Below are positions 56,400 through 64,000 of a stretch of DNA of 64,000 nt, in pieces. The notes beneath the pieces are model-generated. The model saw nothing but the letters and a program-made list of their open reading frames with translations, searched no databases and was not told the DNA's origin. A program made the translations under genes and the position numbers. Position 1 is the stretch's first letter. The number at the start of each line of letters is the position of its first letter. The DNA lies in the IMG/VR virus record IMGVR_UViG_3300017991_000058; one strand, given 5' to 3'. The DNA is from an uncultured virus (IMG/VR IMGVR_UViG_3300017991_000058). Taxonomy: Duplodnaviria > Heunggongvirae > Uroviricota > Caudoviricetes.

Positions 56400-56935
56400 C
56401 GTCGCCTCCGCCGACGCCGGCGTCCCGGCTCCGGGACGCGGTCTCTCGCCTTCCCCAACCTCCCCCGACTCGGAGGAGACGGCTCGGGCAGAGGCGCTCT
56501 GGATCGAGCCGGGGCCGAAGAGACCCCTCCGGGAGACTCCTGGAGACGTCCCCGGCTCCCCGCCGCGGGCGGGTGGTCTCCTGGAGGGGTGCGGCTCGGC
56601 GGCCGGCGGAGCTCGAGAGGCGGCGGGACGTGGACCCGAGACACGGTCACCTCAGAGTCCAACTCATCGCAGCTTCCGACGGCCATGAGACGCGACAGAC
56701 ACTCCGCCTCGCGGACGATCCCGACGTGCTCCACGGGCAGGTAGCCTACGCGGACCTTCAGCAGGGTTCCAGGCCACCAGTGGGAGCCTCGCTCTAGGAC
56801 GTCCAGGATCAGCTCGACGCGCGCCCCGAGACGGTACGCGGCGTTCGCCTCGTCGGAGAGACTCGGGAGCAGGAAGTCGTCGACGATCCTGTCGACGGCC
56901 GCCGCGTCCCGCACATCCGCGTCGAGCTCCCTCAC
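56396..56935 (-). CDS. RLG-motif family protein; C-terminal frame doubtful
   Basis: LLPSLSDEANAAYRLGA. Confidence 0.55.
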   Translation of the reverse strand: MRELDADVRDAAAVDRIVDDFLLPSLSDEANAAYRLGARVELILDVLERGSHWWPGTLLKVRVGYLPVEHVGIVREAECLSRLMAVGSCDELDSEVTVSRVHVPPPLELRRPPSRTPPGDHPPAAGSRGRLQESPGGVSSAPARSRAPLPEPSPPSRGRLGKARDRVPEPGRRRRRRRR

Positions 56936-57243
56936 CAGTGCATCCTGTGGCGAATGCCCACGGACTGAACCAAGCTGATCATGAACTGGACGCTCACGAC
57001 GTACCCCAGGTGGCGGCGCGCTCCTTCGTCCACCGAGACGTCCACCGACCAGACAGACCTGTCCGGGACCATCGTCATGTGGACGCACACGTCGGCTCCC
57101 AGGCGGAGTGCGGACTCCGTCTCGGCGCCAAGCACACCCATGAGCCACCGAGACTGGCCGTCGGGAGCCCCGGCGAACACGACGTCGTCGAGCCACAGGA
57201 CGTCGTTCGTACTAGTAGGACGGCGCACCGCAGGACCATCCAA
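56932..57243 (-). CDS. RLG-motif family protein
   Basis: VLGAETESALRLGA. Confidence 0.65.
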   Translation of the reverse strand: MDGPAVRRPTSTNDVLWLDDVVFAGAPDGQSRWLMGVLGAETESALRLGADVCVHMTMVPDRSVWSVDVSVDEGARRHLGYVVSVQFMISLVQSVGIRHRMHW

Positions 57244-57532
57244 GAGAGTGGGACGCGGCGACGACCAAGACCGCCGACGAGTGCAGCTTGTCTATCCACC
57301 CGACGTTGACGGCAGCCTCCCGAGTCTCCCACCCCTGCGGGCCGACGAGGACGTGAGTCCACGGAACGTCCGGTGTGAATTCGACGTGCATCGGCTCGCC
57401 GAGCCTTGCCCTCGCCCCCAGCCGCGAAGACGCTCGACCTAGACGGGAGACCAGCCGCTCGGAGACGGTCCGCAGACTCGGCACCGCCAGGAAACCGTCT
57501 AGAGCGAGGAGGTTGGACGGCCTGAACGTCAC
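57212..57532 (-). CDS. Hypothetical protein, weak RLG motif
   Basis: SRLGARARLGE. Confidence 0.5.
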   Translation of the reverse strand: MTFRPSNLLALDGFLAVPSLRTVSERLVSRLGRASSRLGARARLGEPMHVEFTPDVPWTHVLVGPQGWETREAAVNVGWIDKLHSSAVLVVAASHSLGWSCGAPSY

Positions 57533-57924
57533 GGAAGCACCGAGTCTATCTCGACGGTCAGGTCGACGGAGTCGGTCGGCAGGGAGAGGGACACGTCGAA
57601 CGTGATCTCGCTCCGCTCCAGCCCGGTTCTGACGACGGCGACAGACAGGTCCCCGACGCGGACGGACCACTCCCCGATGCCGAGTCGGTCGACGCTGATC
57701 GAGTCGCCGGCGAGCCTGAGTCCGGACTCGACGTCCCGCGAGAGCGCCCCGGACTCGATCAGCTTCTCGACGATGGCCTTGCCGAACGCCTCAACGACGG
57801 GCCTCATCGTTGCCATGCCGAACCTCCTGACGCCGACGCCGGCACGAGCGAACTCGCCCCCCAATCGCCGGAAGGCCACGGACAGGGGACCGATCTCGGG
57901 CTCGAAGGCTCTGAATTCGCTCAT
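57529..57924 (-). CDS. RLG-motif family protein
   Basis: ESGALSRDVESGLRLAG. Confidence 0.65.
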   Translation of the reverse strand: MSEFRAFEPEIGPLSVAFRRLGGEFARAGVGVRRFGMATMRPVVEAFGKAIVEKLIESGALSRDVESGLRLAGDSISVDRLGIGEWSVRVGDLSVAVVRTGLERSEITFDVSLSLPTDSVDLTVEIDSVLP

Positions 57925-58607
57925 CCCGTCAACCCCCCTACGACCTCGGCGAGGACCCGATCTGGAGGGAGCCTCTTCCGAACGAGCGCAGCGACCTCCA
58001 ACGACCGCCCGGAGATGTCGCCGGAGACGACGTGGGCGCACATCCTGACTCCTAGGGCGCACGCCGCCGGAGGGGGCCACAGGGGCTCCATTGCCGAGAC
58101 GTAGCTCCGCGTGTAGGAGTCGGCGAGGTCCGAATAGAGACCGCCGGCCGGCCTCTCGACGACCGTGCGACCCGCCAACGCGACGTGGTACGCCGCGTCG
58201 GCAACGGCGAGGCGCACATCGTAGTCGGGCTCTCCGACGCGCGGTCTCATCGGGCCGCTCGCCGCGACGGTGACCAGGATTCCGAGCCTTGTGATCTCGC
58301 TCTCGTCCGCCGTCCTAAGCGCCGCCGCAAGACTCTGGACGCCGCCCCCGTCGTGCGTCCTGGGCCTCGGAGACCGCTTCCACGCCAGAGCGAGGCAGTC
58401 GCCCAGCGACGCGAGCGCATCGTCTCTCAGCCCGGACGCCGCCCCGATCGACATGGCGATGCCGGGGTCCGCCCCCCACCACTCCGACCAGAGCGCGTCG
58501 ACGTCGCCCTCGACGACGATCCTGAGCGCGTGGTCGTCGAGTCCGGAGAGCGCCCCGAGGCGCACGGCGGACATAAGGGCCGCGAGCCCGTCTGCGGGAG
58601 GCGTCAC
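57921..58607 (-). CDS. Hypothetical protein, weak RLG motif
   Basis: LAALMSAVRLGA. Confidence 0.55.
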   Translation of the reverse strand: MTPPADGLAALMSAVRLGALSGLDDHALRIVVEGDVDALWSEWWGADPGIAMSIGAASGLRDDALASLGDCLALAWKRSPRPRTHDGGGVQSLAAALRTADESEITRLGILVTVAASGPMRPRVGEPDYDVRLAVADAAYHVALAGRTVVERPAGGLYSDLADSYTRSYVSAMEPLWPPPAACALGVRMCAHVVSGDISGRSLEVAALVRKRLPPDRVLAEVVGGLTG

Positions 58608-59002
58608 GGGTCGCCTCCCGGAAGGATCACGTCTATCGGCTCGGCCGAGTCGACGGGCCACCTTACGGGCACCCCGAGAACCCCGATCTTAGACGACGGC
58701 TCCCCGAGAGCGAACCGGACCACGACGGCAGGGACCCACGTAACGAATCCGTGCGGCCAGAACACGACGTCGGCGGCGCGGCAGAACATCAGGTCGGCCG
58801 GTAGACCCCCCTCGTCGTCGGTCCGGACGAACAGTGCTCCGTCGGAGTCCAATCCTATCCTCGAGACGGACTGACCTTCTGCGACGTCTCCGACGCAGCC
58901 GCCTCCGAGGCGCTCCACAGAGTCCGCGGCGACGAGGTCGTCCACAGACCGCGCGAACCTCGCGACGACGTCCGGGTCCCCGCAGTAGTACACGCGAGTC
59001 AT
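58604..59002 (-). CDS. Hypothetical protein, weak RLG motif
   Basis: DLVAADSVERLGGG. Confidence 0.55.
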   Translation of the reverse strand: MTRVYYCGDPDVVARFARSVDDLVAADSVERLGGGCVGDVAEGQSVSRIGLDSDGALFVRTDDEGGLPADLMFCRAADVVFWPHGFVTWVPAVVVRFALGEPSSKIGVLGVPVRWPVDSAEPIDVILPGGDP

Positions 59003-59253
59003 CGACCCCTCGTGATGACCACGGCGTCGGACGTCTCGACTACTCTCCACTTGACGCGGCCCCTATGAAGATCGCTGACGTCCGCGCCCGGTCCGGAGAA
59101 TCCGATCTCCTGGACCAAGAACGACCACGGACCGGGCTCGTCGGCGCCGAGTCTCCAGGACGAGTCGGCCTCGAGAAGCTCGGACTCGTCGGCGGCGAGC
59201 AGGACCCTGACCGACATGACGCCCCTCTCGCAGCTGACGCGCAGCACGGTCAT
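58999..59253 (-). CDS. Hypothetical protein, weak RLG motif
   Basis: LLEADSSWRLGA. Confidence 0.5.
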   Translation of the reverse strand: MTVLRVSCERGVMSVRVLLAADESELLEADSSWRLGADEPGPWSFLVQEIGFSGPGADVSDLHRGRVKWRVVETSDAVVITRGR

Positions 59254-59660
59254 CGCCTGAGCCCCAACGTCGCCATGGCCAGCCTCGTCGCGTACGTCCT
59301 CCAGCCGGCGTTCCTCGCCCCCTCCCACATCCACCGCACGGTCGACGGATGGCGGCACGCACCGATCACGCACGGCGGGTCGGTCCCGCCGACTGCGAAC
59401 GCGTAGACGACGGCGGCGGGGTCTAGCGGGCGGGTCGCGGCTATCGTCGACGGCCTGACCGACGGGGTCGCGGAGACGTTGGGCTCCAGGGCCGTGCGCT
59501 CGACCCGCACGCTGAGCGCGATCGGCCCGCCGAGCCTGAGGACCGACTCGAGCTCCGGCGGGAGCAGGGACGTCACCCTGCGCGCGGCGCGCGCGAACCG
59601 ATCCATCGTCGCGGACATCGGGTCGCCGGAGTAGGAGAAGATCTCGTCGAGGTCTCTCAT
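59250..59660 (-). CDS. RLG-motif family protein
   Basis: SLLPPELESVLRLGG. Confidence 0.72.
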   Translation of the reverse strand: MRDLDEIFSYSGDPMSATMDRFARAARRVTSLLPPELESVLRLGGPIALSVRVERTALEPNVSATPSVRPSTIAATRPLDPAAVVYAFAVGGTDPPCVIGACRHPSTVRWMWEGARNAGWRTYATRLAMATLGLRR

Positions 59661-60055
59661 CTCGCGCTCCAGCGCCCGTCCGCCCCGGGCCGCCCTACGT
59701 AGAGCCCGCTGTCGCACCAGCCGAGCGCCTGAACGGCCGCCCGCACGAGGCGGGCGGTCATGATGCGGGACGTTCTCCCGAGGACGACGTCCCTAGCGTC
59801 GCCCGGGAAGCGGGCGACGACGTGCCAGGACTTCCGTCCCGGTCTCCGGATGAGCATGACGGTGAGGCGGAGGTCCCCCCCCAGCCGAGCCGCCGATGCG
59901 GTCTCCGGATCGAAGGCGCCGAGCTGGGCGAGCAGTACGTCGACGGCGGCCGCGACGTCGAGACTGCCGCCGCCCGACGCGCCGCGCAGCTCGACGTCCA
60001 GGTCCAGGCCCCCGCGAGGGGCCCCAGGAAGGTGCGTGAGGGGCCTTCGAGCCAT
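59657..60055 (-). CDS. RLG-motif family protein
   Basis: AFDPETASAARLGG. Confidence 0.68.
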   Translation of the reverse strand: MARRPLTHLPGAPRGGLDLDVELRGASGGGSLDVAAAVDVLLAQLGAFDPETASAARLGGDLRLTVMLIRRPGRKSWHVVARFPGDARDVVLGRTSRIMTARLVRAAVQALGWCDSGLYVGRPGADGRWSAR

Positions 60056-60090
60056 CCGGGGTACGTTACTGCTCTTCGTCGCCGCGGCGC

Positions 60091-60381
60091 TCACGAGAGC
60101 CGCCAGACGGCCTCGCGAGCGTCTCCGGCGGGCCCGGTCGGCCTGGCCAGGACGTCGACGCGGAACACCCCGGCAGGCCAGTGGTCCTCGATTTGCCTCA
60201 TGACGTAGCCCTCGATCTCCTCCGCCGAGCTGGTGTAGGGGGACTCGTCGTAGACGACGATCACAGAGAACCCGTCCACGCCCGGCTCTATCCGCACGTC
60301 GTAGGCCGCGCAGAAGTCGCGCCCGATCACGCCGACGACCGTGTCGACGAACAGGTCGAGCCGCGGGCCGGGTCGGGCCAC
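60091..60381 (-). CDS. C-terminal WRL-motif protein; paralog of 15189-15467
   Basis: PAGVFRVDVLARPTGPAGDAREAVWRLS. Confidence 0.62.
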   Translation of the reverse strand: MARPGPRLDLFVDTVVGVIGRDFCAAYDVRIEPGVDGFSVIVVYDESPYTSSAEEIEGYVMRQIEDHWPAGVFRVDVLARPTGPAGDAREAVWRLS

Positions 60382-60692
60382 TACGAGACTCCGTCTAGGA
60401 GTCGCCGCCACAGGCGGCCCGTCGGGGGCGAGAACCGCTCGGCGAGGACGGCGCGGTGGGGGCGGAGGGCGACGACGACGGCGGTGGCCATCCCGACGTA
60501 GCGGCCGTCGACGTACATGTGCCACAGCTCTCCGTCCCCGACGGCGCTCATGTCGGGGCGGCTGCGCGGCCCGCCGAACTCCCACCGGACGTCCGCCGCG
60601 AGACGAATTCTGGCCTCCAGGTCCGGCGACAGCCACCCCCTCCCCAGGATCGACTCGAGAAGCACGGACGCGGAGTCGTAGTTCAGGCTCAT
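60381..60692 (-). CDS. RLG-motif family protein
   Basis: GWLSPDLEARIRLAA. Confidence 0.62.
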   Translation of the reverse strand: MSLNYDSASVLLESILGRGWLSPDLEARIRLAADVRWEFGGPRSRPDMSAVGDGELWHMYVDGRYVGMATAVVVALRPHRAVLAERFSPPTGRLWRRLLDGVS

Positions 60693-60696
60693 CCCG

Positions 60697-60984
60697 TCAC
60701 CCGTGAAACGGAGCGTTGTACATCCGCCAGCCAATCATCTTGAGAACGACGTACAGCATCAGCTGCTGCTCGTCGACTCTCCAGGCGACGGCCGGAGCCA
60801 TGCCGATCCAGACGACGGCGATGATGCCGGGGCTCTCGTCGTCCGGCCGGCTGAACAGAACGGTCGCGGACCCGCCCAGCCTGACAGAGGCGCGGTCGTC
60901 GGCGTCGGGGATGGTCCCGATCAGCCAGTCGACGGCCCCGCCGATGGACAGCTCAGCCAGCGCCGAGTCGACGGCTATCTCCAC
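60697..60984 (-). CDS. RLG-motif family protein
   Basis: LIGTIPDADDRASVRLGG. Confidence 0.62.
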   Translation of the reverse strand: MEIAVDSALAELSIGGAVDWLIGTIPDADDRASVRLGGSATVLFSRPDDESPGIIAVVWIGMAPAVAWRVDEQQLMLYVVLKMIGWRMYNAPFHG

Positions 60985-61376
60985 CGGCGGCAACACCGGA
61001 GCTCTCTCCTCATCCGCATCCTGTCTATGGCGTCGGCGTACGGCTCCATCGCCGCCGTGTCGCCGCCCCCCGGGAACCGGAGGTCGAACACACGCCATCC
61101 CTGCATGGTTCCGAGGCGCAGCACGGCCGCGACGGCGAACCCGTCGTCGTGCCCGAGCAGGGTCACGTCGACCCACTCCTCGCCCTCACCGTCCACGCGG
61201 GCCTTCAGCAGGGCCGGTCCGTCGTCCGGCTCCCCCCAGACCAGCAGCTCTACAACGGCTCCCAGCCTCGCCGCGGCGGACGCCTCCGCCGAGATCCGCT
61301 CCTCGACGAACAGCCGAGTGACCATGGCGATGTCGTCGTCCGACACGGGGCCCTCTGGTCCTTCAAGCATCTCCAT
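60975..61376 (-). CDS. RLG-motif family protein
   Basis: ISAEASAAARLGA. Confidence 0.6.
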   Translation of the reverse strand: MEMLEGPEGPVSDDDIAMVTRLFVEERISAEASAAARLGAVVELLVWGEPDDGPALLKARVDGEGEEWVDVTLLGHDDGFAVAAVLRLGTMQGWRVFDLRFPGGGDTAAMEPYADAIDRMRMRRELRCCRRWR

Positions 61377-61379
61377 AGG

Positions 61380-61742
61380 TTACTGCTCGTCGCGGCGCGG
61401 GCCGAGCAGGGCGACGGACTCCCCGTCGAGTCGACGTCCGCTCTCCGACGTCAGCATGACCCAGTGACTGGCGCACGGAGTCAACCACGTTCGCCCCAAG
61501 AACGAGCGCGTCAGGGGAATGCCGACCCCGGCGGCGATCTCGTAGGGGACTCGAACGAAGTTGCGGGGGAGCTCGGCGAGGCGAACGTCGCGCCGATACA
61601 GGGTCAATCTGAACCGCCCGGAGCGGGAACCTTCGACGTGGAGACGGAGACCGCCGGCCACGACGTCGTGCGGCCTCTCGGCCAGGCGGATCTCCGAGGC
61701 GATCTCGGGCGGCATCAGAGCGAGTAGCCAGTCTCCCGTCAC
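61380..61742 (-). CDS. RLG-motif family protein
   Basis: WLLALMPPEIASEIRLAE; ends DEQ*. Confidence 0.72.
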   Translation of the reverse strand: MTGDWLLALMPPEIASEIRLAERPHDVVAGGLRLHVEGSRSGRFRLTLYRRDVRLAELPRNFVRVPYEIAAGVGIPLTRSFLGRTWLTPCASHWVMLTSESGRRLDGESVALLGPRRDEQ

Positions 61743-62083
61743 CTGCGCCGCCCCCTCCCCTTGCGCCGCCGCCTGAGCCGCTTGGCGCGCACGTACTTCA
61801 TCCCGAGATGTCGCGCGAGCTCTCTCGCCCCGAGCGCCAGAGGGAGACCGTCGAGCCTCTCGACGATGTCCGTCACCGACGCGAGCACCGCTCCGTTCAT
61901 GGTGCGGCGGACGCTGTACGTCGTCCCGGCGGACGACCGGACGATCTTCAGCCCGCCGCCGCCGCCGAGCCTGACGAGAGACTGGACGTCGACGGGGAGG
62001 CGCGCGACGAGCTCGTCTGCGCCCCCGGCCACGATCGCCGTGATATTCACGCGGCGAGCCATACGCTCCAACATACCCGTCAC
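61739..62083 (-). CDS. RLG-motif family protein
   Basis: ELVARLPVDVQSLVRLGGG. Confidence 0.72.
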   Translation of the reverse strand: MTGMLERMARRVNITAIVAGGADELVARLPVDVQSLVRLGGGGGLKIVRSSAGTTYSVRRTMNGAVLASVTDIVERLDGLPLALGARELARHLGMKYVRAKRLRRRRKGRGRRR

Positions 62084-62631
62084 GTCCGCCACCCGGCCCT
62101 CCCATAGTAGCCGGCCTCCGCCCACAGCGTCGCGCCGGGGCACGCGACGACGGGCCACCGCAGGAGCCTCGCCGCGTCGACGACGGCGATCGCCCCGGCC
62201 AGGGACCCGACGCGACCGACGGGGACGACGCGCTCGCTCTCTTCGAGATAGCCGGCGGTCCCGAGGTCCAGCAGAATGGCCCGATGGATCGCCGGGTCCG
62301 CGGCGAGCGAGACGCGCGCCGGAGCCTCGGCGACGCAGACGTCGACGAAGGACCCGTCCGGACGCTTTGGGATCGGACCGCCGACCCCCCTCCCGCGACG
62401 GACAAGGGTCGCCCGAACGTCCTTCAGGGGAACGTTAGTCTCTGCGAACGCGCCGGACGGCGTCGGGGCAAACTCCCGCATGACGACGCCGAGATCGACG
62501 CGCGCCCCCAGCCTGAACTCGGACGCGAGAGCGGCGTCGACGCGGGCCAGCACGGCGACGAACCTGTCCGGCAACTCGTCGACGGAGCCGCACGGAACGA
62601 GCAGGCTGTCGATGCAGTCCATCAGCCGCAC
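62080..62631 (-). CDS. RLG-motif family protein
   Basis: VDAALASEFRLGA. Confidence 0.62.
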   Translation of the reverse strand: MRLMDCIDSLLVPCGSVDELPDRFVAVLARVDAALASEFRLGARVDLGVVMREFAPTPSGAFAETNVPLKDVRATLVRRGRGVGGPIPKRPDGSFVDVCVAEAPARVSLAADPAIHRAILLDLGTAGYLEESERVVPVGRVGSLAGAIAVVDAARLLRWPVVACPGATLWAEAGYYGRAGWRT

Positions 62632-62740
62632 GCCCGTATCTGGACCCAGACGGACGCGACTATCGCCGCGCCGACGAGAACGGGTAGGACCTCGAACAAG
62701 AGCCAGTCGACGGCCGCCCTGACGATCTTCCCGATCACGG

Positions 62741-63286
62741 TCACCCCCTGACTCCCGGCGGGTGGTCCTGGCCCGGAGCGAACCACCGCCACTGACGCCT
62801 GACGCACCTTCCGACGCCGCCGAACAGGTCCGGGCCCCACTCGCTGCCTTTCTTCCGTCTCTGCGGGACGCTGAAGACGCGCTTCTCGGCGGCGACGGCC
62901 CCGGACTCGGCCAGCCGGATGGTCCGTCTCCGCACCGTCTCGGGGCTGGTGCGGAACCCCCTGGAGCGGAGCTCGGAGACGAGGGCGTCGGTCGTCACCC
63001 CGCCGACCTCGTCCGGGCCGCGAAACCCGGTCCGCTCCTTCAGCACCTGGACTATGGCCGCGTCGATCCGCTTCCAGGACCTGCGCCGGCGGCGAGCCGG
63101 CGGGTCCGGAGCGTCGAGCAGCCGGCGCTCCAGCACGCCGATCGCCTCCAGAGACAGCCGACGCCTGACGATCCGCTCGAGCTCGGCGTCCGCCACCTCG
63201 ACGGCGTCCGGCGGGTGACCGTCGGCGACGAGACCGCGGCGGACGCGAAGGACGGAGCGGAGGGCCGCGCGGACGGAGGCGTTCAT
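62741..63286 (-). CDS. Winged-helix-like DNA-binding protein
   Basis: TTDALVSELRSRGFRTSPETVRRRTIRLAESG. Confidence 0.55.
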   Translation of the reverse strand: MNASVRAALRSVLRVRRGLVADGHPPDAVEVADAELERIVRRRLSLEAIGVLERRLLDAPDPPARRRRRSWKRIDAAIVQVLKERTGFRGPDEVGGVTTDALVSELRSRGFRTSPETVRRRTIRLAESGAVAAEKRVFSVPQRRKKGSEWGPDLFGGVGRCVRRQWRWFAPGQDHPPGVRG

Positions 63287-63516
63287 CCCAGTGTCCGCTC
63301 GATCTCCATTCGGGCGTCGCAGACGCAGTCCTCGAGCTCCTCGTCGGAACACAGCCCGCTGCGCTCGACGAGCTCGAGCCACCCAGAGATCACGTCCAGG
63401 GCGTTCCGGTTGCAGTCCCGAACGCGGCCGTCCAGGACGGCGTCGATCTGCCCCTGAACCGCCGTTCCGAGGTCGTTGTACGCCCGAGCTACCTCGATCA
63501 GGTCAGCGAGAGTCAT
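63283..63516 (-). CDS. Small hypothetical protein
   Basis: Coupled; acidic. Confidence 0.55.
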   Translation of the reverse strand: MTLADLIEVARAYNDLGTAVQGQIDAVLDGRVRDCNRNALDVISGWLELVERSGLCSDEELEDCVCDARMEIERTLG

Positions 63517-63807
63517 CTAGAGCCCCCTCTCCTGCGGAGGCCACGAATCGAACTCGACCTCCTCGACGTCGACGGCCGGAGCCGTCTCGTCCATGCCCCA
63601 ATTGATGAACGTCTCCGGGTCGACGCCCGTCAGCAGGAACTGCACCAGGCCGCGCCCGGTGCGGACCTGCGCGGCGTACTCTCCCCCGCTCCCACGCACG
63701 AACTCGAGCCGGTCGAACGCCTCGACCAGATAGTGCTCGATGGCAGACTCGATCTCGGTCCGCGAAAGCTCGTGCGGATCGGTGTATCCATTGATATTCA
63801 TAAACAT
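63517..63807 (-). CDS. Small acidic hypothetical protein
   Basis: AAGGAG RBS. Confidence 0.55.
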   Translation of the reverse strand: MFMNINGYTDPHELSRTEIESAIEHYLVEAFDRLEFVRGSGGEYAAQVRTGRGLVQFLLTGVDPETFINWGMDETAPAVDVEEVEFDSWPPQERGL

Positions 63808-64000
63808 ATCAGGCTCCTTAGTCGTGGTAGATGTCGACGGGAGGATGAGCTTCGCCCCATCCGTCGTCGGCGAGCCGCGCGCCGATCTCTTCGCTCAGGC
63901 GCTCCATCTCCCCGTCGGTGACGTACAGCGTGTAACGCGGGTCGCGCGTTCCGACGGCCCGCATCTCCTCGTCGGTGATGTAGGAGACGCCGTGCGGCTC

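Noticed and set aside
16558..61388. GTTACTGC sites as integron attC core sites
   Set aside because: They do not fit GTTRRRY, no paired inverse core or attC hairpins were seen, and there is no tyrosine integrase in the window.
24012..62631. RLGG as a ubiquitin-like LRLRGG terminus or a double-glycine bacteriocin leader
   Set aside because: The motif follows a short helical segment rather than a beta-grasp domain, the second Gly is often A/D/E, the hydrophobic register differs from LSxxELxxIxGG leaders, and no matching processing enzyme was seen. Kept only as an analogy.
24012..62631. Diversity-generating retroelement as the source of family variation
   Set aside because: No reverse transcriptase and no near-identical template/variable repeat pair seen in this window.
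1..64000. Genome-wide TAG recoding
   Set aside because: TAG ends well-defined genes such as the major capsid and portal; only one internal TAG case was found.
1..64000. Long Arg/Pro-rich ORFs in the track (e.g. 12764-14944 +, 25380-27539 +, 9568-11463 +)
   Set aside because: Shadow frames of real genes, caused by the scarcity of stop codons at high GC.
1..64000. Abundant GTCGAC, CTCGAG, GACGTC and GAGCTC palindromes as a signal
   Set aside because: Spread evenly and explained by codon pairs such as Val-Asp, Leu-Glu, Asp-Val and Glu-Leu.

Overview
Fragment of a very GC-rich (by eye >70%) tailed dsDNA phage or prophage genome; the host cannot be identified from this window. Nearly all genes are on the minus strand. 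1-14.2 kb is a head and packaging module: terminase large subunit, portal, head-morphogenesis protein, a split XkdF-like prohead protease/scaffold, HK97-type major capsid and likely decoration proteins, plus a matrixin-like protease. 14.2-24 kb has a chorismate mutase-DAHP synthase fusion, a serine recombinase, an SprT-like protease and five short operons, each headed by a copy of the same sigma70-type promoter/RBS cassette. 24-62.6 kb is a dense, translationally coupled array of small ORFs. About 65 of them (hand count; about half in the full form) share a short protein motif of the type (D/E)xLLxxLPxExxSx(I/L/V)RL(G/A)G on otherwise divergent bodies. This array is the strongest candidate for an undescribed system. 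It is punctuated by about 17 copies or variants of a strand-directional DNA motif, G(A/C)GCAGTAAC, often 6-7 nt before a start codon and often overlapping the upstream TAA stop. Three apparent 1-nt deletions may be sequencing errors. No tRNA, rRNA or CRISPR array was seen. Start codons were re-picked by hand, and all product calls come from motif recognition, not database searches.
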